A DNA stretch of 63,500 nt, counting the filler, from Octopus bimaculoides (lineage: Eukaryota), in NCBI RefSeq assembly GCF_001194135.2. It is 7 parts of 7 records of this genome, joined end to end, with 100 filler letters (N's around TTAATTAATTAA, not from the genome) between each part and the next. Parts side by side here need not be neighbours in the genome. Positions count along the whole stretch, not along the records: positions 1 to 30,522 come from NC_068992.1; positions 30,623 to 44,355 come from NC_068999.1; 5 more parts are not named here. The stretch is one strand, 5' to 3'. Below are positions 23,301 through 36,992 of this stretch, piece by piece. The position numbers and the translations under genes were made by a program. A model generated the notes under the pieces. It was given only the letters and a program-made list of their open reading frames with translations, had not been told where the DNA came from and ran no database searches. Every line of letters starts with the position of its first letter. Position 1 is the first letter of the stretch.

Positions 23301-25597
23301 CTCATCGCACAGAATGTCAACTAATTCCTTCATAGTTCATAGCTAGTACACACAAGCAACATCCTTCATCGATATAGGATTTAAAATTTACAAAGCCCCT
23401 ATACGTAATTATCATTGGTTCACTTTAGGAGGTAAGAAATCCATACTATACGTACATNNNNNNNNNNNNNNNNNNNNNNNNNNNNNNNNATATATATATA
23501 TATAAAACAAAGACGCGCCATGTGGCTGTACGAATGCATCAGAAGATGCCCGTCAGCAGACTGACACATGATAGGCGTAATAAGTGGCTTCTAGCGGCGG
23601 ATGCCTGACCTATAAAGGGCTTGTCCCACAGAGAGCACTAGAGCTTAGAAAATAGCGAGGATGTGATTTGTTTCCTTGCAAGCATACAAATTCTCTCTCA
23701 GTGTTATTATTGGACAGCAAATGACTTACTCGTTTTGTTTTTCTTTATTTTATTTTACATATGCTACAAAATCATATACTGAAACTAGAACCGACCAAAA
23801 TTTGGCATCAGACTTTGATGCAGTGCATCCACAGCGATCGATTATTAACATTAAACTATAGTAACATTATCAGAATAGACATAAAATATAGGCATAATAT
23901 TCCATGTATTAACGAGAGTCTAAAATTTGACTTTGATATAGTAGAGTAGAGAAAATATAGAGCAGAAATCCATTAAGCAATTGCTCACGGGAACATAATA
24001 ACACTTAGATATTAGCTCGCTAAAACGTTATGTTTAAGTTATATAGAAATATAATGATACGGACGTTCGTATACAATATGATTTTACGTTTACTTGCAAT
24101 GTAAACGGTTTGAATTTTAACAGATGAACTGGAATATTTGTTATTTCTAAATTATATATTCTTGCTATGCACACAGCCGAAACCATAATAACTTAATATA
24201 AGTAAATAATTGTTTTTCACATAGGCACATTTTGGTGGTGGCGTAGGACAGTAGCTTGTGGAATGGGCGATCAAATATTTCATTTTTTTCTCAACTCAAA
24301 GAAAGAATTTGACCACTGCGAGTTTAAACTAACAGCGTAAAGAGCAAGAAGAAATAGAGTTTGTATGTTTGACTTTCTAAATGTATGGCATTTCAGCCCC
24401 ATTACATAGCGGAATGATACCAGCAACTTTCTCTTTTAATCTGTGCTTCCTCGAACGCAACAGCTTTCAGAAATAAAGAGGTTCTTTTGAGGAGTTAGAG
24501 GCAAAGAAGGTCGTGTTTTTATCATTTACGAACCAAAATGGAAGCTTTTTTTGTCCGTTGCTCGCTTTCCTATACAAATCTAATCTCCCTATCTCATCAC
24601 AGAAAAATTAAAATTGATACAATGTATAATGTAATCCAGGATAAAATACGTGAGTACAACAATGGGAGTCATAGTTGGTATATCCTGTCACGAACCTGGG
24701 AAGTCGGTGCAGATTTAATAGCAAACAACAGCCAAAGAAGTTGTTTTATAGTAGCGTTATGAGTAATTAGATCAAACGCATAAACTAGGAAACTTTGTCA
24801 GAAACGGGTGTAGACTGATATTTCTCTAAGCAATATTAGTATACAAGATTTTGCCACTTGATCTGGGCAATCATACCTCTACAAATGTTTATTGTAGACT
24901 ATGACACCATTTGAAAAGGTACCGCCATGATCTTAATGATATTTCGTCACAGAATAAAGACCAACGGGTTGCTGAAGCAAAATGAACGGTTTATTAGTAA
25001 CTCGATGTAAACATTAAAATCAATCTCTGTATATTTCTGTTTTGTACGAATGTACATTGTGCATTTTATGTCGGTGTATATCACCAAGAAACGGCATTGA
25101 AATACCAATACCACCACCACTACCGCCACCGTCACCACTTACCCGCTAGAGATAACAACCGTATTTCTTTCAAAGGGTGGTGTGAAATATGTAAAAAGGT
25201 AAATATGCTTGATAATGTACTGCCCAATGCATCAATCAGTAATGATTATTTACAACATGACTCGCACTGGAAATATTTGTACAAGTTCTGATTTTAACTT
25301 AAGCAAAGAACAGTAGCCATGAAAAATTTATCAATGTTCATAGCAATTGTACCGTCGACAAATTCCATTCGATCGTCATGATGAAATATGTGCTAGTATC
25401 ATATACTAGCGGAGACGATCGATTACATAAACATGAAAAGCTAGATCAGTTTAAAACAATTGAATATAGTGTAAAAAAAAAAAAGCGTTGTCATGCACTA
25501 ATGTAAAAACGACAGAAATTGAAGAGAAAAAGAAATACACATAGCAATAGTTCTTAACGGGGAAAGTGAATTTAGAAACAAAGAAAAAACTGTAGGC

Positions 25598-25645
<48 letters not shown>

Positions 25646-25684
25646 ATAGACACACACTTATATACATAAATATTTATATATATA

Positions 25685-25769
<85 letters not shown>

Positions 25770-26879
25770 ACACAAAGACACCCACACACACACACACGCA
25801 CACACACATATATATTCTGTATATGAGAGGAAGAGGTACACGTGCGTTGCTTCATCCTTGGAAATTGCAGTTATCGAACAGGAACTACAGCATGTGTGTG
25901 CTAAGTATTAACCGGCAATCTCTATTGCTCCATGGATAATCAGAGAGATAGCGCGAGGAATAGAAAGGGAAATAAGTGGAAAATATGAAAATAATTTGTT
26001 TAGGAAATGGGATAAAATTTATATCCCTTTAACCTGTTTAACGAAGAATATCTATTGTTTACCTAAAGTAGAATTTATCTCCAGTTGAAGTTGTCGAATA
26101 GAAAAGAGTCTGAATTGCGCTAAAATAGCAGGGTCTCTAAGTCTACAGGTAGGCTTGTATGTTGAGATATAAATGCTTAAGTTGTAGAACAAAAAAAAAC
26201 AAAAAAAAAACAAAAACAATGTTTGTTTTGTAACCATTAACTGCTTGCGATGCTCATTGTCTATATGACTGATGAAAAAACAATCCCCTATCATATGATT
26301 TAAAGAGTACTGTATTCATATATTGAACAAAAAATATGCACAGCATTTTGGGTGCAGCTAAACTTACCTGAATCTGTTTAAAATACCTACTTTTAATTTT
26401 TTCAAGAATTATGTCATCTTTACATTCATCAACATTGCTTAGAACACCCTTATTTTGTGCCTGTCGCTCTTGTTCACATCCTTTACCCAGATTGTTACAT
26501 CTTATTGTTTCCGCAATTACAATTAAATTGTTTTTTTTTTCTCAACAATATAACATTGATAGACGACATGGTTTTATTACTAAATATAATTATGTAGGAA
26601 TTATAATTCCAATGAATTTAATGATAAAATGATGGAATACCATATAAAGATAAGGATAAATGATGGGTACCATATAAAGAATACCCATATAGTGTCAGAG
26701 TAATAGGTCAGGGATATATATAAATTTTTAAAGCTCTTGCTGTGTTGAAAACGGAAGGCAGAATATTTCATAGGCTAACTATTTAGGAGATATGGTGGGG
26801 CAGGAAAATCTTGCATATATTCGTTCCAACAAGTTTTATTAATAACTGCTGTGTTTTCTTCCAGGTAAACTCACATCTG

Positions 26880-27970
26880 ACAATCCACAGAATACTTAAC
26901 AGAAATTAGTAGTGATTTCTATTGAAAATGAACACAATTTGGCATGTTCATATGGAGTACCTGCAGAAAAAAAAAGCTTATAGCCTTAGGATATTCATGC
27001 TCACATGGTTGATACATTAGAGTATGATGTTTCAGCTCTATGAATGGGGCAAAAGGCAGATTCTAAATTAAGGAGAAGAACGGAGTGTCTTGAAGATGAC
27101 CCATGGTCTATACGTCCAGTAACTGCCACCATCGATGAAAAGATCGTGTTTCCTACGTGGTGATGGATGACAGGTGATTGACTATAAATCAAATTTTCAA
27201 TGCTATTAGCATATCCCGTGAAGAAGATAAGATGTGAATATTCTGCTCCATGAACTTAGTATGACAAAGCTTTATACTCGGTGGTTGCTACATCTAACAC
27301 CTGTTCAAAAGTGTACCAGGCTGATTACATAACGGAAACATCAGACAATTTTGGAGTAGATCCAGCTAGTTTCCTTGAGAGTTTCCTATGCAAGGTTAAG
27401 TGTTGAACTGATCACTATGGATCACAGGGAAAGAGATAATCTATGCAGCGAAACACCCATCCTCGCCTCTCTCAAAGAAGGCCTAGTCCGTTTCCTTTGC
27501 AGGGACGCAAAAGTAATTTTGTTTTTGAAATGTGCTACACCATCAATGGAGCTTAACATGCAAACATGATGACGCAGTTACGAAAGGTTATCAAGACGAA
27601 AAGCCCAGAAAAAAACTGTCAAGATTTGTCTTATTTCGCCAGAAAAATGCACCAGTGCACAAATCCATAGTCCAAATGGCTGCTGCGTGTTACTATGACA
27701 TTGAACTGGTTCATCACTGTCATATTTACATATTTACCCCATGTCACTATTCTCTATTCCCCTGTCTGAATAAACACTTGTCAGGGAAGCTGTTGATGAA
27801 AATTATCACCAACAGGACAGAAGGTTCTTCTCCGATGGATTCCATGCACTACAACACCGATGGATGACGTGCTTGGACCGCATGGATGACTATGTTGAAG
27901 AATAGGTCTCATTCCGTGAGAGTATCTCGGCCAGCCTATTTATCTTTCGCTATATACAGCCAGCATAATT
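26880..27970 (+). mobile_element. Near full-length degenerate mariner transposase
   Basis: Frameshifted DIHAHMVDTL, EDDPWSIRPVTAT (EDDPRSGRP-like), LFRQKNAPVHKS (DNAxxH) and HYSLFPCLNKHLSG (PxDYxLF) motifs in order. Confidence 0.8.
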
Positions 27971-29289
27971 TTGTTAACACCCCTCTTTTATTTCGGGTAT
28001 TTTAACGTTAATATCAACTAAAGACATATTAAACATCGCAATATCAATTGTAGTTTCAAATTCTGGAACAAGACACACGTTTCAGGTGGGCAGATAAGTC
28101 GATTGTATCGACACCATTGTTAAACTGGTACACATTTGAACGTCTCCGAAAGGATGAATGAAAAATGAAAGGATGAATGAAAAGAATGCCACTGCGCATT
28201 TTCCCAGCATCGTTAGAATCTTGCCAGCTCACCACCTTTACCGCAATTAACATTTGTAGAATGTATTTGTCATTCCTAACGTAATAAGTCATTTGTAATT
28301 TCTTGGCAAGTCCAATGCTAACATAGATCTTATATTGAGAATTAGAATATCCAATAAATTCATTTATTCAACAAACACGCACACGCACACACACATTTTC
28401 CCTTTCTCTCTCTCACACAAACACACACGTACATATACAATATATCGAGCTACGCACCGTATTTGCCAGCCACCACCACAGGTATGCATCTGAAGTAACT
28501 GACCTTATATTTTCTGGTTATTTTCAAATTATGGATACTATCCAAACATTTCTTTTTTTTAATTTCTAAGCCTGAGATATAACGAATATATGATCCATAA
28601 CATAAAAGCAATTGTAAATAACAATCGTAAAAAAACCCCCCAAAAAAAAGACAAAAAAAAAAGATGCAAAATAACCCCTTGAAACATTTCGCAAGGAAAA
28701 CTTCGAAAAACATAGACATAATTACATGGAAATGAAATAAGTTAATATACTAAAACAAAAATTAAAGATGTAAGACCTGCATGTCATCTTATAACTCGAG
28801 ACCAATAATTTTATTCTGTCTACGATAAACGTTTCCTTTGCTGGAAAAACCACTTTGATTAATCATTCTGCAATTACGCCATACAAAATAGGAAAATATC
28901 CTTGCCAAGTTTTAAAAAAAAAGAAACTCAAAATAACTTTAATCATGAAAGATACATGTTTTCCCTATTTGATTTTCTAATTGAAAAATTAAAATTGTGT
29001 TAATTTCGTGGTTTTGTATTTTTTTTCTTGCTTTCTATGTTTAACCGACCACTTATATGTGCAGTGTTTTCAGTTTATATATTGTATTACTTGATATTAT
29101 TTACATAATTTACATAATTTCTGAGCTATGATTACTAGTACTGTTTTATATGCAGTGTACATTTGAGATTCGGTATTTCCGTACATATTTTAAATCTTAC
29201 TCAAATACTAATTATTATGTGCATTTAATTTTTTGCAGAAAAATATAAGGTGGACAGAGTAGCAGGTTGTACGCCCCTGTCCACAGGGT

Positions 29290-29940
29290 GTGTTCAGCCG
29301 TGTCTCGTGTACATAAACGTGAAAGGAGTGACGTGGAGAATGGATAGCCACTCAACTTGGCGAGACTTATTTCTCAGATAGGTCGCTGTTATCCCCATTT
29401 TGTAGGAGAAATGAGCAACGTAGAATCCGAGAACACCAGAAGTGTCGACCAAGATCCGCACAGCGAGTGGCCGGTGAGGCTTTCTTATATTTTTTAATTT
29501 CCTATTCTCTGATTCATGGGCGCCGACAGCCGGATTTGCAGCCAATGCAGCAAGGTGAGAGAGAAGGAACGTATTTCAGCACGTCGCGTCCTAGATTAGG
29601 GAATTGTCTCCCTCGTATGGGAGGATTGTTGTTCCGTCACAGAGCTTATCATCTTCCGGACAAGCCCTACTGTCTATAGTTGTGACAGAAAACGGGCCAA
29701 ATCGATACCGCTTTTGATAATGACGTTGAGGACGGCAGGTTGGGGGAATTGACTCACACTTTGTGCGTAGAATAACAGATACAAGCAGAATTGGTCGACT
29801 GCTGATCCACAAGAGCATTTCTGCGTCTCACACATGCGGACAACGAGGCGTTGGGCTGTTCCAATACGAGTGCACTCATCATCAATCAGGGTACCGGTTG
29901 ATATGCGGGAGGAAATTTAGTTTCCTTTTTATATTTAGTC
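29290..29940 (+). mobile_element. Possible L1/Tx1 ORF2 C-terminal remnant
   Basis: GC-richer island; ICSQCSKV...HV resembles the C-terminal zinc finger; heavily frameshifted. Confidence 0.3.
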
Positions 29941-30422
29941 TTATCTCACCAAAACTACCCTTCCATTGTATTTTGTAGATATTTGACATTGTTCTGTAGA
30001 AACGTTTATACTTTCAGATAACATATTAAGAATATTGAAGAGGCAGATTCATAAGAAACGCATTACAGGTCGGAATTTAGATGCGATAAGTCTACGTACA
30101 TTCGTGTTCATAGATTTATTATAATGAATAAGTATTATGAGACGTTCTTTTCTTCTGAAGTTGCATATCGTAATTATAGACATAAAATTTTCCTTTCGCT
30201 ACATATATTTGAACACGTAGACACACGCACATATCCTATCGCATATGCACATACATGCACATACAAACCCACGCAAACGCATACGCACTGGCGCACATAC
30301 ACACCATACATATACATCTAGGAGTGGGTGTGTGGTGAGAAGTTTGCATCTGAATAACACGCGTTCAGTCCCACTTAGTGACACTTGTGATTACAACAAA
30401 TAAAAGAATAAAAGAATATAAA

Positions 30423-30454
<32 letters not shown>

Positions 30455-30566
30455 CATACATATATACATATATATATACATATATACATATATATATATA
30501 CATATATACATACATACATATANNNNNNNNNNNNNNNNNNNNNNNNNNNNNNNNNNNNNNNNNNNN

Positions 30567-30578
30567 TTAATTAATTAA
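30567..30578. other. Artificial TTAATTAATTAA spacer within an N-gap (also ~44400, 46324, 53617, 55024, 60462)
   Basis: Identical 12-mer with stops in all six frames, always between runs of N. Confidence 0.95.
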
Positions 30579-30642
30579 NNNNNNNNNNNNNNNNNNNNNN
30601 NNNNNNNNNNNNNNNNNNNNNNGACTACCCGTCTGATAAGGG

Positions 30643-30975
30643 TACACCAGGTACATGCATCACAACCATATGTGCGCGATATGGTGATCTCATACCAAGA
30701 TAAACAGCGCATGACCTTGCAGGTGGGGCCCAGTTAGAATTTTCTTCAGGTCGAGTAGCCCATCCCGCTCAAAAGGTCCCTGAATATGGTTTGTATAAGG
30801 ATGTTGAGCAAAACAACCATGTTTCCAAAGGTGAATTATTCAAACCTCAAAGAATTCCTCTCAACACATGGCTATGATGATTCCCCACTACTTCTGCTCC
30901 TGATCAGAGATGCACACATCGTCAGTCACCAAGGGACATGCTCAACTGGTTAAGGTCAAACAACTGACAAGCAAA
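30643..30975. repeat. Interspersed repeat, unclassified (second copy ~53850-54130)
   Basis: Shared catcccg(c/t)tcaaaaggtccctgaat...caaagaattcctctca...caccaagggaca(t/g)gctc...ctggttaaggtc. Confidence 0.7.
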
Positions 30976-31029
30976 TCACCATCATCATCATCATCATCAT
31001 CATCATCATTATTATCATTATTATTATTC

Positions 31030-31260
31030 AAGACGGTGAGCTGGCAGAATCGTTAGCGCACTGGAGGGAATACTTAGTGGTATTTCGCCTGTCGCTACAT
31101 TCCGAGTTCAAATTCCACCGAGATCGACTTTGCCTTTGCTCCTTTCGGAGGTCGATAAATTAAGTACCAGTTGCGTACTGGCGTTGATCTAATCGACCCC
31201 ACCCCAACTCCCACTCCCACAAAAAAATTTCGGGCCTTGCGCTTAGACTAGAAAAGAATA
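31030..31260 (+). mobile_element. SINE family C copy
   Basis: Colinear with 35552-35722. Confidence 0.75.
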
Positions 31261-31702
31261 TATTTACAGCATTGCTTCTGCGACAGTCGAGAGATGGACG
31301 GTTTCGAAGTGCGTAAGAACTGGTGGTGCGCATACACGATGAGAGAAATGAAATAATGAAGTCTATTCTTTTATATATTTATTGGTTTGTAAGTATAGAC
31401 CTTGAACTTCTCATTCTGCTGGATTCAGTGTCTAAATGGCATATGCTATGTCACCAGTAGACATAATAATAGTCAACTAATACACCGCCATCCTTTTCAG
31501 CTCACGTATCAGTCGGAGCTTTCAGCAGACAATAGCTGTGAATGCGGTGTGTGTATTGTCCTGTTCACAAATTGTTTCTAACATACATACATCCACACAC
31601 ACACATACATACATCATACATACATACATACATACATACATACATGCGAGTGTGTATTTATATGCGTGCATCCATGTGCGTATGTATGTATGTATATACG
31701 TA

Positions 31703-31775
<73 letters not shown>

Positions 31776-32774
31776 TATATACATACATGTATACATGCAT
31801 ACATACGTACGTACATGCATATATTCGTACATACATAAATATATATGATGTATATATACAAATGTGTATATACACATGCACATGGATATATGTTTATATA
31901 TATATATATNNNNNNNNNNNNNNNNNNNNNNNNNNNNNNNNNNNNNNNNNNNNNNNNNNNNNNNNNNNNNNNNNNNNNNNNNNNNNNNNNNNNNNNNNNN
32001 NNNNNNNNNNNNNNNNNNNNNNNNNNTGTGTGTGTGATGAGCATAGAGATGTATGTACGTATGTTTGCATACAATTCTTTGCTAACATAAAAAAAAAAAA
32101 TCATATTTGTATCTGGTTGTGACAAATAAACCAAACACGATCGTCCGTCAGCAAATGTTTCTCTCTCTTTCCCCGTTGGTTTGCTGAAGGTTGACACTTG
32201 AGGAATAATCAGGTGGTGCCAAACAGAAATGTCATAATATTTTTGCCTTCCTCAACAAACGAAAGCGACCGCAACGAAATAATGTCGGACAATAGCAAAA
32301 AAAAAAAAAAAAAAAAAAAGAGTGGTGGCGTGAGGAAAGGTGGAGGAGGATGAGGAGGAGGAGGGAGGGGTAGGGAGAGAAAAAAATACTAGAATAATAA
32401 AATAAATACCTAAAGTAACTACTCATAAAAAGACAACAAAAAAAAAGTAGCAGAAACATGGAATAATAAGTTCTCACGCTGACAGCTGTGTTTGCTGACA
32501 GTTATTACGTGTAAACTCAACAGAGGGAACCTTGACGTTGTTGATCGTCGTGTTAGATATAGTAGCTTGTTACCTCAGCACGTGGTGGCCGTTAGATTGA
32601 GACATGCTTGTTCATTTGTCTCTATTTTTTTTTTCTCTTCTCATCTTTCCTTTCCGTAACAGAGCATAGGTTCGAAACGTTAAGGACTTCTTCCAATTTT
32701 CCTCAGCGTTAACCTAATATATTCTGTTTGTCGCTTTTTTCTTCACATCGTATCATTTTTTTAAACTTCTGTAC

Positions 32775-32829
<55 letters not shown>

Positions 32830-33109
32830 CATTCCCCCACCCGCGCCACAAACAATCATAGCTGACTGAAAATTCGAAGTCACTGTCAATACAATTCTTG
32901 TTAAAGAATAATACATTCGTACTCTACCAAATCCTTCAATTTCATGTAAAATTGTTGTTATTGTCATATAAAACCAAATATTAATACATACATCATTTTA
33001 AGTTCGTGTACGGGTAACATTTTTGAGTATACATATAAAATCTCCTATTTTAATACTTCGGCTACCACCGAATGATACTCACCAGTAATAGCAGTTTTGT
33101 GGGGTTGTA

Positions 33110-33365
33110 CGGATGGTATTTTTAAATATTTTAATGTATTGCTACGCACGTTTCCACATATCACATGTTTCTTATGATCATAGTCCGTATTCTTGGGTTG
33201 ATTACAGTGTATTCCGTAGTATCTATGGACATCGGGTGGATCATATTTATGTGTTCTATGGACTGTATTGTAATCATCCCAGGAATACGGACTATGATCG
33301 TAAGAAACATATGACTTATGGAAACGCGCGTAGGGATGCATGAAAATATTTATAAACTCCCTCCC
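33110..33365. mobile_element. Fold-back / MITE-like imperfect inverted repeat
   Basis: Arms pair along almost the whole length, e.g. tacgcacgtttcca with tggaaacgcgcgta. Confidence 0.85.
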
Positions 33366-34332
33366 TGGATTATTATTATAATTATTACTATATNNNNNNN
33401 NNNNNNNNNNNNNNNNNNNNNNNNNNNNNNNNNNNNNNNNNNNNNNNNNNNNNNNNNNNNNNNNNNNNNNNNNNNNNNNNNNNNNNNNNNNNNNNNNNNN
33501 NNNNNNNNNNNNNNNNNNNNNNNNNNNNNNNNNNNNNNNNNNNNNNNNNNNNNNNNNNNNNNNNNNNNNNNNNNNNNNNNNNNNNNNNNNNNNNNNNNNN
33601 NNNNNNNNNNNNNNNNNNNNNNNNNNNNNNNNNNNNNNNNNNNNNNNNNNNNNNNNNNNNNNNNNNNNNNNNNNNNNNNNNNNNNNNNNNNNNNNNNNNN
33701 NNNNNNNNNNNNNNNNNNNNNNNNNNNNNNNNNNNNNNNNNNNNNNNNNNNNNNNNNNNNNNNNNNNNNNNNNNNNNNNNNNNNNNNNNNNNNNNNNNNN
33801 NNNNNNNNNNNNNNNNNNNNNNNNNNNNNNNNNNNNNNNNNNNNNNNNNNNNNNNNNNNNNNNNNNNNNNNNNNNNNNNNNNNNNNNNNNNNNNNNNNNN
33901 NNNNNNNNNNNNNNNNNNNNNNNNNNNNNNNNNNNNNNNNNNNNNNNNNNNNNNNNNNNNNNNNNNNNNNNNNNNNNNNNNNNNNNNNNNNNNNNNNNNN
34001 NNNNNNNNNNNNNNNNNNNNNNNNNNNNNNNNNNNNNNNNNNNNNNNNNNNNNNNNNNNNNNNNNNNAGACAGAATGCCAAGTACTTCTTCGGTACCACT
34101 GTGTATCATAATGGCTTTATGCGCCCTACTTATTGACATTTTCCGAAGTCGGTCGGTGCGGTTCGAGGCTGATTTACTGCAATGTCTATCTAAAACTGGA
34201 AAAACCATCATTTAGATGTGGCTGCACCAGAGGGAAATTACAAGGATATTAGAGCATTCAATGGAAAGACGATTACATAATCTTACTGTAAATATATGTG
34301 TGTGTGCGTGCGTGTTTGTGTGTATGTTTGTG

Positions 34333-34365
<33 letters not shown>

Positions 34366-35551
34366 GTCTATATGTATATATATTTGTATGTAAGTTTGTA
34401 AGCTATAGTAGAAGACACGTACCCAAGGTGCCACGTAGTGGAACTGAACCCCAAACCATGTGGTTGGGAAGTAAGCTACTTATCGCACAGCGTTTTTTTG
34501 TTGTTTGTGTGCGCGTGTTTCAGCACGTCTTTCAACATATAGACAACACAATACAGACTTTAAAACAATGACTTTCACTTCGAACAATTTATGAATAAAT
34601 ATTAATAAATAATTAATGAATATGTTTACCGGCGGCGTAGCGACGGATACCAACCTAGTACTGATGTAAAGTGCTCTGTGATGTTGCTGATGATTTCTGT
34701 GTTAAAATTTCATTTCGGTTTTCGCCATTTGTGTATGCTAAAAGTACAAACGCCTGTCTAGTTTGACAAATATATTTTCGGGGCAACTGTCATTTTTGTT
34801 TTCTTTTTCTGTATATTTCTTAAACATGTTCTTTTTATTATTATTGCAAAAAATTTCAGATATCCGACCTCCCCCCTCCCCGAACTTAGAAGTTTTTCTC
34901 TGTCAACAGTTTCTACAGCGGGAACATTACTAACCTTTAGACACTGATTTGTTCCTAGAATTGTTTCTCCTGCCACTGACGGTTGTATTTATGTATTTAT
35001 TTATTTATTTATTTATTGAGGTAGCAAAAAATATGAGCACTTACAGTTTTTCGAATTGTTATAACCTTCTTTGTATTGTGTGTCCAGATTTGATTTTTCA
35101 CCTTTCTTGGAGGTTTTGCTCGTGGTCAAGATATTTCTCCATTCAATCTTTCGACGTCACGAGTTACCAGCAATACATAGTCAAAGTTTTTCTCTCGAAA
35201 AGAAAAAAAAAAAAGAAAAGACCTGATTGTAGACTTTTAAATTCTTTGCCAGTAAACTATCACGTCTTCCAGTATGTTGTAGACAGAATATTTAAAGTAA
35301 ACAGTCCCAAACTAAGTAATTATTTTGCCATTTCCTGTCAACATTAGGAAACAACAGGAACATTTCAAGATGTAATATCCTTAATTTGATCAAAGACGGT
35401 GAATTGGTACACTGGTTTGAGCACTGGATAAAATACCTGATGGCATTTGTTGCGACTCTCTAAACGCTGAATTCGATTCCTGCCAAGGTCCTTTCAGAAT
35501 CGATAAAGTAGTACCAACCCAGGGTTAGGATTGACAGACCTGTTTCAGATT

Positions 35552-35722
35552 AAAGGCGGTGAGCTGGCAGAATCGTTAGCTCGCCGGGCGAAATGCTTAG
35601 CGGTATTTCGTCTGACGCTACATTCTGAGTTCAAATTCCGCCGAGGTCGACTTTGCCTTTCATCCTTTCGGAGTCTATTAAATAAGTACCAGTTACGCAC
35701 TGGTGTCGATATAATCGACTTA
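35552..35722 (+). mobile_element. SINE family C
   Basis: ggcggtgagctggcagaatcgttagc...gaggtcgactttgcctttcatcctttcgg...aagtaccag. The central block resembles the Sauria/Meta-type SINE domain (from memory). Degenerate copies near 2960-3105, 3890-4110, 4170-4740, 5690-5895, 28060-28240, 31030-31260, 41750-42005, 46440-46578. Confidence 0.75.
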
Positions 35723-36149
35723 ATCCGTTTGTCTGTCCTTGTGTATACCCCTCTGTCTGTAGCCCCTTGTGGGTAGTAAAGAAATAAGAACTGTTACAGA
35801 TTCGGACAAGATGCATGATAGTGTCTGTTCCGGCTGTTCCGGCTGTCTGTGAAGATATTGATGCTAAGCTGTATTGGTTTCAGTCCGTGGCCTTCCCTTT
35901 CAATAAAACTCGATGTCTTGAAGAGAGACTTTCATGATTAGACGATTTTCAGACTTCATAAAATAACTCTTGCTCAGGTCTACACCATATTTGCACAAAT
36001 CTATGGAAGCTCAATAATTCTGTTTGCCCAAAGATTTTTCAATCAGATTTTTTACCATTTCTGTTACTCTTCCTTCCATTGATTCCACCCCCAGAACTGC
36101 TGAATCAAATCAATACTGGTTCCAAATACACTGGACAAACTATAAACCG

Positions 36150-36530
36150 GCTCTTGTCTGTGGAAAACTTTCAATGATATGCAAGAGGCAGCAACCAATT
36201 AGAGATCCTATTAAAAACTGTACATCGATTGAACAATATATCAAAATGAGTATGGAATTAGACAAATGTGCCAAAGTTACTATACGAAGAATGAAATTAA
36301 TTAAAAGAAAGGACATTAAGTTAGATTTAGACAGTAAAATTAATAAATATAACAGAGAAACGAAGGGGGAAAGATTAGAAAAGAGTCAGAATACTATTAA
36401 AAACGGAACACAAAGCAATAAATCAGAGAGTACGTAGAATTACATTAGCAATCCTAGATATAAATTACAGCTTCAGTATAATATATTGGAAGTTATGTCA
36501 ACTGAAAAGTTTACATACGGAAAAGAGAAC
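36150..36530 (+). mobile_element. R4/Dong-like RT fragment
   Basis: MSMELDKCAKVTIRRMKL matches the FGLxKCA region. A further C-terminal-like piece (AVQDQYSATQGY) lies at ~37000-37230, and an oppositely oriented piece probably at ~35800-36120. Confidence 0.55.
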
Positions 36531-36587
36531 ACTTTTCGCTGTATTCGTAGTCGCTATAATAAAACTGATAAGGGAAATAACTCATGC

Positions 36588-36902
36588 TGGATAACGGTGT
36601 GAATTTAGATAAATCTGGTCGGTGATAATGTACTGAATAACGCACTCGAATATTTCCCAATGAATTCAAATGTCTTTTATGGATTGAGAAAAGGAAATAG
36701 AAGCCTTACAGCGATTGTAAGTGGCCCTCAAAGAAAAAGAGAGATAGATAATTTTGAGAAATTAGGGATTCCGCTGAATATCATAAGTACCCATGCCCAT
36801 GCTTTGTTAAATGGCAAGGTGATTGATATGTAGAATATCTTGTGGATATCATTCAGAATATCACAATATATCTGATTTATCTAAATTCACACCATTAGCC
36901 CA
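36588..36902. mobile_element. MITE-like element with ~29-bp terminal inverted repeats
   Basis: ggtgtgaatttagataaatc and gatttatctaaattcacacc; lies between R4-like fragments. Confidence 0.65.
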
Positions 36903-36957
36903 CTTGAGCTACTTCCCTTTAGCTCGAATGAGTTGAATACAGTCGAAGAGATGAAAA

Positions 36958-36992
<35 letters not shown>

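Noticed and set aside
23730-23920. LIIDRC as a GPCR DRY motif on - strand
   Set aside because: Short, interrupted by stops and expected by chance in AT-rich DNA.
32647-32686. Third hammerhead copy as a functional ribozyme
   Set aside because: The stems and GAAACGT survive but the core reads CCGTAAC; counted only as a decayed family member.
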